DNA of 64,000 nucleotides from Lama glama (lineage: Eukaryota): positions 23,624,001 through 23,688,000 of the forward strand of contig CM052817.1 in the NCBI GenBank assembly GCA_028534125.1. Direction: 5' to 3'. Under the pieces are notes generated by a model. The model saw nothing but the letters and a program-made list of their open reading frames with translations, was not told where the DNA came from and did no database searches. The position numbers and the translations under genes are program-made. Below are positions 48,361 through 60,852 of the stretch, in pieces (the first letter of the stretch is position 1; every line of letters begins with the position of its first letter).

Positions 48361-51300
48361 TGCCTTTATAGGTACATTGGAAAATACTCAATTTTTAAAA
48401 GATGCCTTTAGTAGAAGAAACTAGAAGTAAGAGCTTATGGGTCAACACACCACTTACATAAGTGGACAAAGGGCTGCATTGTATCGCTGAAAAGCCTTAA
48501 AATGAAATGAGCAGATTCCACACTTATACAACACAATAAAAGAGAATTAAATTTACTTTAGTGTGAGAAAAAAATATTAATGGAAATTGAGGGGTCTGAG
48601 CAGCTAAGCCTGATTACCTATGAAAACAGTTTAGTTGAAACTTACAGGTGAAACTCACCAAAAGAGAAAAGTTTCATGCTCCATTAGTGCCTTTCTTGAA
48701 GAAGTCTCACCTAATGATAGATCATTGATTGGAGGACGCGATACCTTCTAAACTGCTGAGAACCGCCTGAGGTCTAACTGCGGGAACATGTCTCAGGGGC
48801 CTCCTCTAACACCCAGGGGAAGACGAGAGAAGGCATAGAGCAATCGACTCAAAGAAATAGCTGCAATCAGAAACTGTAGAAGAATGTTCTTTTTGACTTA
48901 AAATTTAACAGCCCTTCCTGTAACATTCACTAGGAGAAACACATTTTAGGGAGTCAAAGTGAAAAAAAATCTGAAGACAATGAAGAGTTCGTCTCTTCAG
49001 GAAATGAAGAGACCCAAGACACATTCAGCTGCTGGGACTGCGCGTCATCCCCAAGTGTCAGAGGATGAAGCTGCGAGGTCCTGGGACGACTCTCAGCAGA
49101 TGTGGCCCAGAGGAAAGAGAAATGAGGGACATTAAAAAATGACTCCTTTAGTAAAAGTCCTAGAACTTATGCGGTGCAAGGCCATACAACTCACATTGTA
49201 CAAGGTGAAAATGAGAGAATTGCCTTTTCGTATGTTTTCTGATTTATAGTGAGTAAAGCAGACACTCACATACAATTAGAATCTGAGATTATAAACTAAA
49301 AAGCTAGATATAGATGTAGATGTAAATGTAGATATAAATATAGGTGCAGATACAGACGTAGCCAATCCCTTATACAAAAAAAAAAAAACATATGACTTTC
49401 TAAAATCAGTGACATAATTGCTGGGTGATTTAATGTTTCATGTTGCTTTTTCCTATGATGTTAACGTGGATAAAACTATGCCCAATATAGACATTCCTCT
49501 TAGATTATTTTTAATTATGAAAAGGCTCAGCATATTTATAGATTTAAGAGTGGGTAGAATAATCAGTCTATGTCCTGGTGCCTACTTGGGTAACTTAAAA
49601 TGCTCGCAGAAGCATGAGCAACTATTCCAAAAAAATTTAATTTTAATTGGGCCTATAAATGAGAGGCCAAAAAAAGAACTACTAATATTTTTCTCTTATG
49701 TTTCTTACACACTCACCCTGATCCTCCCTTATTAAGAGCAGATAATCATAAATTTTCACCCTGAAGAAATCTCCTTGCAATTCTAAGGGTCAGGAGGAGA
49801 ATGGAATCACAGAAGAGAAATTTTCATCTCAGGGACTAGAAACAGAACAGAAAGATTTTTTTTTTCTTATACCCATAAACTTTTTATTCCAGACTATAAA
49901 CATTAGATGTTATTTATTTAATAATTCACATTCTGCTTCATTTCACAAACTGTTTGAGGCAGTACATTAGATATATCCTCTTTGAAAATATTCTGGAAAT
50001 AAAGTTCCATTTTTTGAAGAGCAAAGAGCTAAAAGATAGAGGAAAGTTTCACAAGGTCAAGTACAAAATCAGAGATGAGCTGAGTAATATTCAGTGATTT
50101 TCAGTGTTTTTATTCCTTGTTTCCATTTCTGAATTTTTCATTGGGATGGCCAAAAGTGATTCATTGTTTCTTTCACCCTCTTTGAAAACATTCTGTGAGC
50201 TAGAATTTGAGCCCTAAGTGATTTCTTACAAAGGTTGAGTGATTCAAATTCTGAAGCGCCTGAAGCAATATGTATTAATTGAATACGTTATAAACCACAT
50301 TCTTCAAATGTCATTTTTTAGATTGAAAAGAACTGAATGATAGTGTGAGGATCTTATTAAATGAAAACTAAGATTAAATCCTCAGCTAAAATAAAGAATA
50401 ATTTACAGTATAAGTATTCAAAAAGTACTTTAAATACTACTTTTTCTATATAAATAGGTATGTACACAAATGCATCTTCATTTATGCCTCTTTCTTTCAT
50501 TATTTTTCCTTTCCTTCTATCAGACATTTATCTTACTCCACGTATCTTAAATGGGTTGAATAGCATTGAGCAGAAATGAACAGTAACGGAAAACAGCAGT
50601 ACAAGCAAAAGCCATGCAATCTGTTACAAAGCATCTACTCACTGGAGCCCCGATGCTGCCCCCACCCAGCCAGTCAAACCCAAGCCCCGCGTTATCAACC
50701 CCCTTAAATTCTCACAGGGCAGCCCAGCCTTCAGGTCATGGCTTCCGTTCCGGTTTTCCATTTTCCTCCCTTTTTGGCCTCCTTGTATCTGGCTTATTTT
50801 TCAGTTGCCCAGCTATGCATTTTACATGGCTTTGTTACATTCTAACCAGCACATCATATTTGCTTTATCTTATGCAGTATCTCTAGGATTTTTGTATTTT
50901 GAGGCATTTCTGGTTTCCCAGGCTGGAGCTGTTTTCACAGCTCCTTAATGACACCCCATGGAGAAAAGTTTAGATGTCATTCTTCCCACAGGGACAGCAC
51001 GACTGCTCTATTAATCTACGGACTATAGATCTGTAGACTCTACGGGTATATATCTATAAAAATAAAGATTGACCTGAAGGAGGGGTTCATTTCAAGCAAT
51101 CACCTGAAGAAGAGGTTGACATTTACACTAGAAAAATTTTAAATGGGGAACACAAGCTTTCAATAACAGGTTAATGTCTCTTTTCTATACTCTCGAAGTG
51201 TAGCTAAGACGGTGCTGGAATATACTGCAGATTAAATAAGGCAACGGCCAGGAGCAAGGAAACAAGAGACACGGGCCTGACCTGACTCTTTCTTGGGGTT

Positions 51301-54300
51301 CCACGTGTCAAAAGATGGAGCCGATATGTGTAGAAGTACAAATCTCTTGCTTGCAAATTTAACTCTTTAGGCTCCTAATTTTCTCAGTATTTAATATCTT
51401 CATATTATCCTGTGATTTTCAGTTAGACTTGTTTGGAACTGCCAACCTCTTTTGGCCTTGCTGAAAGGCATGGGATTAAAAAAGATCCTGCTCTTTAAGG
51501 GGAAGCAATTCTGGAAAATTCCAAAAAGGGGCTTATGCCCCCTGGTCAGTTGTCCTGATCCAGAGAGTCTTTTCAAGTAGTTACCTGTGAAACTCTAGAT
51601 TTCACATGATTTAAAGGAAGTAGCATTTCCTTAAACCCCCTCCCCATCACATTTCCCGCAGCAATTTTCCCAAAGTTTTTCCTCTTTCCTTAAGGATTCT
51701 CAGCCCCCACCTAATTATCAACACCTCACTGAAAAGATTTGGGGAATATTATTTGAAAACAATTTTTTTTTTTACCGTGTAACTTTAAAATTTCTCTGCA
51801 TCTCTATTACCACATCCCTTTGTCCCAGACACTGAGGAAGAAGTTGTCCTGCCCAGTTCTTCTGGCTCTACTTTCTACCACAACTGTTCTACATCTAAAG
51901 ACGTCATGCTGCTCTCAAGGTTGAAATGCTACTTATATCTCATTCTAATAGGCATTCACTGCGCACAGGTACAGGCAATGCAAGATGTTAAGCAGCAAGG
52001 CCTCATTTTTTTAACCCATAGGTAACTGTAGGTCCTACTACTCATAGACCAGGTATACAAAGTTGTATGTGACAGTTACATGAGATTGAATGGACACAAA
52101 GAGGGCTACCGTCAAGTGTCCCTAAAACTTGAAAATCAGCCAAACTTATTAAAGTACAACAGTTAGTATGAGAACCACTGTCTTCAGACACCATCGTGAA
52201 AAACAGAACGTCTGTCAGAACTAATGCAGGAGTACAGGGTCTGGAAATCTAGTCAAGACCTCATGACATATAAAAGCCAGACTCTAACATATCCCATGTG
52301 TCCAAGAAATAAATTATTAACATTAGAAGAATGTTATAATGTCCTAAGCAACAAAAAAAAAATTCAAAACAGAACCCCTGAAAAGACAACTGTCAATCTA
52401 TTTCCAACTCTGCCTATGTGGAAGGTACTCTCCTGATCATGCGTCTAAGGTCAGTAAGAAAACCCCACGTGGAGCCTGAAGTGTCATCTGCCTATGATCT
52501 TCTCCCTTGCTCTAATGCAGATTTACCTACCAGCTTTCAGAGTCTAACTTGATTTCTGGCCTGGATTTTCCATTAGGTGGATTTGGAGTCTGCCTTGAAG
52601 AGCTAGTGTCAGAACTAGGACTTCTTGTCAGTTACTTATCACAAGAAATGACTCCTTCAATACATGGTTTACACATCAGTCTTTCATGAGTTTTGTTTTA
52701 GTGAGTCATCTCTAGTTTCTGATTCACCCTGAGTGTAAATGACTCTGGCTCTCTGTGCCGAAAGGTAAAGGTGGTAACTGCCAAGATATGGGTACAAGAA
52801 AAGGGCTCACTTGTCCTCATCTGTGACATCTTTCTCTTTGATTTTCCCAGTCATAGTCACATTTACATACATGAATATTCATATGATAGCTATGGTTCTT
52901 CAAGGTTAAGTATGGAGAATACAACAATGACATAAATGAGTATTTATTATGAAAAAAAGCCACAGTTGTAACTTGTAACATGAGGAATTGGAATAGATAA
53001 CAAAAATAGAAGGGAGAAAGCAGACACGAAAATCTTCAATGGAACAGCATTTCTGAGGAAATAAGTGGAGGCCATAACCTGAACATATGTCAACAATTTC
53101 AAATATAAAAAACCACGTAGAAGAAGTCAAGCGTATTAGTGCCACTTGACGATTCTCTGCTGAAATGAAGTTTCCTGCTACATGGAAGCATTACGACTTC
53201 TATTGTGCTCTCTCTTTCATAGAGCTCAGATTCGTGATTCAAGGGATAGGCACTATTCATCAGCAGTGTTTTGACAGTAGGAGATAACAGATATTAGGTG
53301 AATAGTTCCCTGAAACGAAATATAAGAATATGTCTAGACATTATTTTTTCAGAGTAGCTCCTAATTTCATGTGCAATCAAGTTGCCCTTGGCAACTCAGA
53401 GAAAGTTAGCTTATCTCCCCGAGTTCAGCATGAAGAATCTAGTCAAGTCTTCAGATGAAATGTGTATTGTCTTGCTGAAAGAGCGGATATCCACATCCTG
53501 TTCTAATGCATCAGACCCAGTTGCCAAAGCTAATGCACAAAGGTGACAGAAAAGATAGCTGAATATTCTTTTTTAAGCTTTAAGCCTTTTAAAGATGTGA
53601 ATTTTTATATGAGACTCATTTCTTCTTTTCACATAACCATTTCACATTCTTTTCAAAGTAGGTGTGACAACTGATGGTGACAAGAGGACAGGGTACCCCA
53701 GGAGCGGATGAGTGTTATAATCAGAAAAATAAATTTCATCCACAGTAATTTCACTGTCACTATGATTTTCACTGCTTATAACGCGGACGACTTCTGATGC
53801 CAGTCATCCCACTACGCTGAGAGGAAGCCACTGTGCTCAGTGATCTTCAGCAAGAAGGAAATTTGAATAAGACTCAGAAATCAAACGGAGAATTCCCGGA
53901 GAAATGTAGATTGTCAACTCTGAAAAGATATTCAATGTCAATTTAAAACTGACTTATTAGAAGGATGTGGAAGGAATGAAGGAAAGACTATGTATGCTCA
54001 ACTGAAAAATAGCCAGAACAGGCAGAAGAAGATAAAAGTTTCAGGGTGTGTGACTCACAGTGTTTGGTCCTCATCACACTTTTCTTCTGATAATATTTAA
54101 TTCCATTTAAGCTCATAATAGACCAAAGTTTTCCTTGAGATTTGAGACTGGAACCAAAAAAGTAATATTTGATTTGTAAATACACCTGCTTGATACTTTT
54201 GCATTCTCTTTGAAATTTTGTATGTAATATTCACATTATCTTTTGTAAATAAGTATATGCTGTAAGAAGTATTTATTTTTACATTTTATGCAAATTTTCT

Positions 54301-54357
54301 CTAAATGAAGTATCCTTGAGTTCTAGTTCTGTAATTGAGGTGGTACATTTAGTGAAA

Positions 54358-54554
54358 GAATGTTGTTCCAAAGCCCAAATGCACATCAGAATCACCTGGG
54401 TAATCTTTGAAAAATACAACTTCTTGCCTCATCCCAGACTTGTTGAGTAATAATAATCTATAGTGAGTGGCCTGGAATTTGCGTTTTCAAATGTTCCCAT
54501 GGTGAATCTAAAGTAATTAGCCCTGGTCTTCAGATTTGTGTTTGAGACCCAGTG
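54358..54554. mobile_element. hAT-Charlie MITE, MER5B-like
   Basis: tgcacatcagaatcacctggg...gcctcatcccagact...tttgagacccagtg. Confidence 0.75.
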
Positions 54555-54665
54555 TTTGGAAAAAAAAAAAAAAGCAAAAAGAGAGAGAAGAAAACTATTG
54601 TTTACTGAGTGTCTACTAGATGCTTCCAAATGTTATCATAATGCATTTTCTTAATACAAGGACTC

Positions 54666-55106
54666 TGTGGCACATTGAATAGTGTCCCCTCAATATCCAT
54701 ATCCACCCAGAACCTCTGTATGTAACCACTTTAGGAAATAGAGTCTTTGTAGCTATGATTAAATTAAGACGAGGTCATACTGGCTTACGGTGGGTCCTAA
54801 AATCCAATCACTAGGTTTGTATAAGAAGAGAAGGGAACACACAGAGAACCAGAAAAACACCACGTGTCAGTGGAGACAGAGACTGGAGTGATGCAGCTAC
54901 AAACCAAGGAATATTAAGGATTGCCCAGAGCCTCCAGGACCTCGAAGAGGCAAGGAAGGGTTTTCACAGGGAGTCTTCAGAGGGAACATGGCCCTGCCAA
55001 CAGCTGATTTCAGACTTCTAGCCTTGAGAACTATAAAGGAACACCTTTCTGTTGTTTTAAGCCAACCCAATTTGTAGTAATTTGTTATGACAGCCTAGGA
55101 AACAAA
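54666..55106 (+). mobile_element. MaLR solo LTR, MLT1C-like
   Basis: tgtggcacattgaat start, MLT1C body; TSD GACTC/GACCC (one mismatch). Confidence 0.88.
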
Positions 55107-55253
55107 GACCCAGAGGTCCAAAGATATGCAGTAGTCTGCCTGTGTCATGTGGGTAGAAAATGACCAAGCAGAGTTCCAATCCCTGGTCCATTGATTCCAA
55201 AGTCCTTGGACACCTGGGACCACACTGGCGGAAATTTCCATTGACCAAGACTA

Positions 55254-55443
55254 CAGTAGTATTTGGTCAAAGTCGGGTTCCAGATGATCTACAGTAGAAT
55301 TACTGTGGGCCTTTTTAAAAAATACGCTTTTCTTGACTCCATCTGGAATTCTGAACTAAAAATCTTTGCATGTTGGATTCAAGAACCTACTTTTAATAAA
55401 GACCTCAGAGCATTGTCATTCTTCTAAAAGTTTGGCACCGTTG
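55254..55443. mobile_element. hAT-Charlie MITE, MER5A/B-like (decayed)
   Basis: cagtagtatttggtcaaagt...ctaaaagtttggcaccgttg termini and MER5-like spacing. Confidence 0.55.
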
Positions 55444-56701
55444 ACCTAGAGAGTTAGGGGTCTCTAACACAACATCCATTTGCATTTTCATTCAAATGTA
55501 TTCTGAATGCATGAAACCAACAAATGACGTGACTGTGACGTCATTACAGAAATTAACTTGATGAAATCCACGTGTACTTTATTTCAATCCATTTTTGCCT
55601 AAACCTGGGATACTACGGATGACACACATAAGTAGTACTCACACTGCTCTCCCCTGTAGGGAGCTCTTTCACATTCATAGTGTCAGCTGATTCTCACCCC
55701 AACCTTGAGGAGGAATGTGTAGACATTACTATTCTCCCTACTTGATAGGAGAGGAGGCTGAGACTAGAGGCTTAGAGAAATTCACACTCACTCTCCTGTG
55801 GTTCTTTGTTAGAGCGTGGCATTTTTTTGCTGTTCTGACATTGCCAAAGAAAATCAATGGGGAATTATGATGGAAAGAACGTGGGTGAGACAAGTGTGAT
55901 CTCACTCCTTTTGTGCGAAAGCAAAGAGTAACCTAACAATAAAAGGAGATTTTATTGGTAAAAGAGTTGAAAGGGCAACAGAAAATAAGTGTGTGAGAAG
56001 CCAGAGAAAAGAGCCTATGGTGAAGAGAACCTCAGAGAGCCCTGGGCAGCATAGAAACTCAGGCTAGCAGACGTGAACATTTTCATCAGAGCATGTTCGA
56101 GGTAGCTCTAGCTAATCATTACAGAACACATACTCCCCATCTAGATGATGAAAAAAAAAGGATCACTTTCCTCTGAAATACTTGCCTATACCCTAAACGC
56201 TTCTCTTCTCTTACTGAAGTACCACATCCGTTTACTGACTTTGCAGACGCAGTTCAAAATATTTTCACTTTTTCCAAGATGCTTCTTTGGTGGCATGTGT
56301 GTGACTTGTCTTTTTCTTAAGTGCATCCTTAGCTTATTAAAAGTTGTGTGTGTTTGTGTGTATTTGGTTTTCCCATTGCTTTTAGAAAGTGGGAACTATG
56401 AGGAAATATTCAAAGAAAAAAAATGGCGCCTGAAAACATCTTAACTGAAAGGAAAAATGGGGGTGAGAACGACAAAAATGGTCAATGATGAAACGTACAA
56501 AAGTACAAAAGGCTTTGCAAGGATCTGTTTAAGTTTGAATTGAAAAATACATTTGGGTTATTGATTCTTTATGATCCAAAAGCAGCACTTTTTAAATCAA
56601 AGGCAATTTAGAGATGAGGAATGACAAATACTAGATCCTGTTCATAATGAAATGAATAATGACAAAGCTTTATTGGAAAAGTTGGTGATTACAAATTACT
56701 T

Positions 56702-57201
56702 NNNNNNNNNNNNNNNNNNNNNNNNNNNNNNNNNNNNNNNNNNNNNNNNNNNNNNNNNNNNNNNNNNNNNNNNNNNNNNNNNNNNNNNNNNNNNNNNNNN
56801 NNNNNNNNNNNNNNNNNNNNNNNNNNNNNNNNNNNNNNNNNNNNNNNNNNNNNNNNNNNNNNNNNNNNNNNNNNNNNNNNNNNNNNNNNNNNNNNNNNNN
56901 NNNNNNNNNNNNNNNNNNNNNNNNNNNNNNNNNNNNNNNNNNNNNNNNNNNNNNNNNNNNNNNNNNNNNNNNNNNNNNNNNNNNNNNNNNNNNNNNNNNN
57001 NNNNNNNNNNNNNNNNNNNNNNNNNNNNNNNNNNNNNNNNNNNNNNNNNNNNNNNNNNNNNNNNNNNNNNNNNNNNNNNNNNNNNNNNNNNNNNNNNNNN
57101 NNNNNNNNNNNNNNNNNNNNNNNNNNNNNNNNNNNNNNNNNNNNNNNNNNNNNNNNNNNNNNNNNNNNNNNNNNNNNNNNNNNNNNNNNNNNNNNNNNNN
57201 N
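56702..57201. other. Assembly gap (500 N)
   Basis: Run of N. Confidence 1.
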
Positions 57202-57522
57202 TTTATGGCTGAGTATTATACATAATACATCTTTTCTATCCACCCATCTGTTAATGGACATTTGGGTTGTTTCCACGTCTTGGCTTTTGTAAATAGTGCT
57301 GCTATGAACATTGGAGTGTACGTGTCTTTTTGAATTATATTTTTTTCTCTAGGTATACGCCCAGGAGTGGGATTGCTGGATCACATGGTAAGTCTATTTT
57401 TAGTTTTTTAAGGAACCTCCAACTGTCCTCCATAGTGGCTGCACCAATTCACTTTCCCACCAAAAGTGTAGGAGGGTTCCTCCGTCTCCACACCCTGTAC
57501 AGTTTTTATCATTCGTGGACTT
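57202..57522 (-). mobile_element. Young L1 fragment; its 3' end lies in the gap
   Basis: tttatggctgagtatt...cccaggagtgggattgctggatcacatggtaagtctatttttag matches the other L1 copies. Confidence 0.92.
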
Positions 57523-58099
57523 AGTAAATTTGATCAAGAGAGAAAAGGACAGGCAGAGATAAATGGGGTGAAGGAGAATCAGGTCACATCTAAAATGTAT
57601 ATTTTTGCCATATTTAAGGACTATATGTTTTTAAAAAAATCAGCTCATTGGTAAATAACAAATGGAGAGCAACCACAATAAAGAGAGAATCGAGAACCAA
57701 CATGTAAAAGAAATGGTCAAACAACAAGAGTCAGTTCACCTGGAGGAGAGAAAAGTCTGATCTGGAAAATGACCACTGATACCTGAATAGCTTCAGAGGT
57801 GGAACTAGTTCCGTCGGGAGAAAGACAGCGGGTGAAAGAATTAGGCTCAGCCCAAAGAGAACTTTTTAAGAGATCTACCCTAAAACGCAGTTAGCTACTT
57901 CATGCCTAGGAACTCCCTGTCACTGAAGGTTAAGCCTAAGAATGGGCAGCTGACTACTCAGAGAAGCTGCAGGAAGTCTTCCTGCATTAGAAAGGTTGGA
58001 AAGCTGGACTCCACACGATGACGTGCTAGTCATCCGACTCAGATTTGACTCTGAATCAAAATCTTCTGTGCTGTGAGGAGGATGGAGAACAGGACATAC

Positions 58100-58522
58100 T
58101 GTCAGAAACTGTGGAAGAGCTGGGATTTACTGTTTCATGGATACTGGCAGAAAAAAAAAAATGAAACTCCTGAATCAGAGAAAAAAGACTTTACTACCCA
58201 CGGCAAAGCAGTAGCCAGAGCTTCACGTTTGTCTGCCTCGGCTCCCCCGTGTCCCCACGTCCCATGGGGCAAGGCCGAGGAGCCGTGATGGAAGCTGGCA
58301 TCACAGAGGAGGAGCCCTGGGCTCAGGGGAATCACCACTTTTACGGTAGGTGAAAACAAGCCTGCTCTTTCCCAGAGGGAGAAGCACTGCATCGCCCCCG
58401 GGGTGGCTCCTGTACACACAACCCTGAGCGATAGCCCAGGGAGCCACGGTTTTGCATTCTCAGAATACCCAGAGAGAATGTGCAGGGACACTCAGGCCCG
58501 TGGTAAATTGCCTGTCTCAACA
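58100..58522 (-). mobile_element. ERVL solo LTR, LTR40-like
   Basis: tgtcagaa ... ttgcctgtctcaaca termini; aagcctgctcttt and gtgcagggacactcaggcccgtgg motifs. Confidence 0.75.
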
Positions 58523-58939
58523 CGGCTGCAAAGCCATTGAAAATCTGGATTTCTTGGGCATGCCAGGGTCTCTGATTACCAAAGAAAGCAGATAAAGAAG
58601 AAGATATTTCAGGGACATAATTCCTATTTAAAATAATCCCTGAATAGTGAGATATAGATGAAATAAAAACAGTTTGCTTCTAAATCTATTGAATCCGGAT
58701 GGAAGTTACATATGTCATCAACCTTCTTGTTTGTCTGCCAAAAGAACTAACCTATTTGGTAGAGGTTTATTTATAAGGTTTCTAATGGCAAGAAGCACCC
58801 ATTTTTCAAGTTCAGAATTGCCCAAATCAGCTCTTTCCTATGCAGGAATTTTCATTAGATTGGGGGGCGGGGGGAGGAAAAACAGATTCTGCTTTCAAGA
58901 TAAAAATGTGAGGCCGAATCATATCCGTGGATAAATCAA

Positions 58940-58958
58940 CAGTGCCACCTAGTGGAAG
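58940..58958 (-). promoter_or_regulatory. Candidate CTCF binding site
   Basis: Minus strand CTTCCACTAGGTGGCACTG fits the core CTCF consensus CCASYAGRKGGCRS; lies in apparently unique DNA. Confidence 0.6.
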
Positions 58959-59298
58959 CATTTATTTACCTGACATAAAATTATATTTTCAACTCTATCC
59001 ACTTTTCCCTTGCGTTTTTTCCAGCAAAGATGAGCTCTTTAAAAGGATAGTTTGATCAATATACTTTAAAGAATTAAACCATACTTTTTAACTTCTTGTA
59101 AATTTACTTTAATTCATAAATTGTGTGTAGTGGACAATGGGATGGTTTCAAACATAGATCAATTTTAAGAGCTGCTGGTTATAAGCATAAAATTAAGAAG
59201 TGCACAGTTTCTGAAAAATTTTGTGAAGGAAGCATAAGTTAGTAAGAATAGAATTTAGACTCAAAATTATTTAAGTAAAATTTTAAAATCTAGATCTA

Positions 59299-59316
59299 GA
59301 AACTGAAACTGAAACC
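59299..59316 (+). promoter_or_regulatory. Candidate ISRE/IRF element (three GAAA cores)
   Basis: GAAACTGAAACTGAAACC; reverse strand contains AGTTTCAGTTTC. Confidence 0.45.
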
Positions 59317-59889
59317 TTGAAACTGACAAATCATAGTGTCACTCTAAATTACTGTAATTATGAGTCACAAATAAATTTTCAGGGTCTTTCTGACTTTTTT
59401 AAGTTATACCAATTGAAGTGCTTAAGAATAGAAGCTGCAAATAAGAAAAAGCATTGGAAAAATAACACTTGCACAAACTTTTACAAACAGAAAGTTTTGT
59501 GCATAATTTCAACCTTTTCCAATTAAAAAAGAAAGAGAAATATGTTACATTCTAGTCAACAGGCATCTTGTGGAAAACTACTGCAGAGATCACAGGACTA
59601 AAGACCACTTTTAGAATCAGGTTTTTCAGTAGCTTCAAAATCTTGTTGGCATCTTGATCCAATTCCGTAAAAGAAATAGGAAGAGAGAAACAGAAGAATC
59701 AGAAAATTTTGAATGAATGTGAGACTCTTTCCAGTGATTCTGAAATTCCATTATTTTTCCTTCAAGTGAGGAAGTATAACAGGATGATTAGAATCATAAA
59801 CTTGGAAGTCATATCTGTCAGATGGAATCATATGGAGTGATGTTTGTTTTTGTCATAAATCAAAAGAGGTCACATAGCCACAGTTTCAC

Positions 59890-60090
59890 GTGACTCAACC
59901 CCATACATTAACATCCTAACCCCATGAGTACCTATATGACCTTCACGGGGCAGATTTCTTCCCCTTAGTAAGCCTCCATCTCCCCCTCTTTTCCATGAGG
60001 ATAATAATACAGATCACAACCGATGGCAGTGAGAAGTCAATGGAGGAATTATCACATAGTGCTTGGCCACTACCCAACTGACGGTGAGCA
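59890..60090 (+). mobile_element. MIR SINE
   Basis: tatatgacctt...gcctccatctccccctcttttccatgaggataataatac...cacatagtgcttggcca. Confidence 0.55.
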
Positions 60091-60624
60091 TGCAAAGAAT
60101 GACTTCCGTAATTATAAGCCATTTTACAAAATATGTTTCAGGTAATATGGGAGAGGAGAGCTTAAAGCTTCACTGTCAACTATTAAAGTATCAGAATGAC
60201 AAAACCACTCACTCTGCTTACCTCATTATCAGCCACTTTCTGTTTCTTAGAGTTACTTTCTAGCACTTCTTCATAGACACACCTTCATCATTTAAATAAC
60301 AGCCCTTTTAAAATGTATTTTTGCAGCTAATTAGATGAGACACAATCCATTTCTTTCCCAAGAGCCCCCAGAGGATGAGCTGCCATTTGGTAGCTGTTTC
60401 TGTTGATCTAAGTCTTCCTCAGCTCAGATCTGGAAAGGATTACAGGTGATGTGCCTTCAATATTTCCATAGCAAGATGTGCTTTTCCCCTGTTGTCATAC
60501 CTGTTTCTGTGCCCCAGCTAAAGTAACACGAATGTAATCATTATTGAGTCCTCGTGTGCTCACACACCTCCCTCTGCTATAATTCATCAAGCTCACAGGA
60601 TCTCTCTAAAGACAGCAGAGCTGT

Positions 60625-60852
60625 TCAGTGATGAAAGGTGCAGTTTCTAAAGCCAGAGTGCCTAGAGTGGGAACTCAGCTTGGACAAGTCTTTAGCTATG
60701 TGATCAAAGGCAAGTTGCTTCCCACCTCTGTTTTTTAATCTGTGAGACTGGAATAACAATAGTACTTGTCTGACGGGGTTGTGGTCGAGGGAACAAATGA
60801 CATAATGCACCTGCTTGAACCAGAGTGAGAATACAAGGAATGTTAGCTATTC
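60625..60852 (+). mobile_element. MIR SINE
   Basis: tagctatgtgatcaaaggcaagttgctt...ctctgttttttaatctgtga...gggttgtggtcgagg...aatgttagctatt. Confidence 0.7.

Noticed and set aside
48745..48860. Minus-strand exon-like segment (tttctgattgcAG ... AAG|GTATCG)
   Set aside because: Stop codons in all three frames; it could only be non-coding and has no other support.
56652..57276. 186-aa and 195-aa ORFs
   Set aside because: Artefacts of reading through the 500-N gap.
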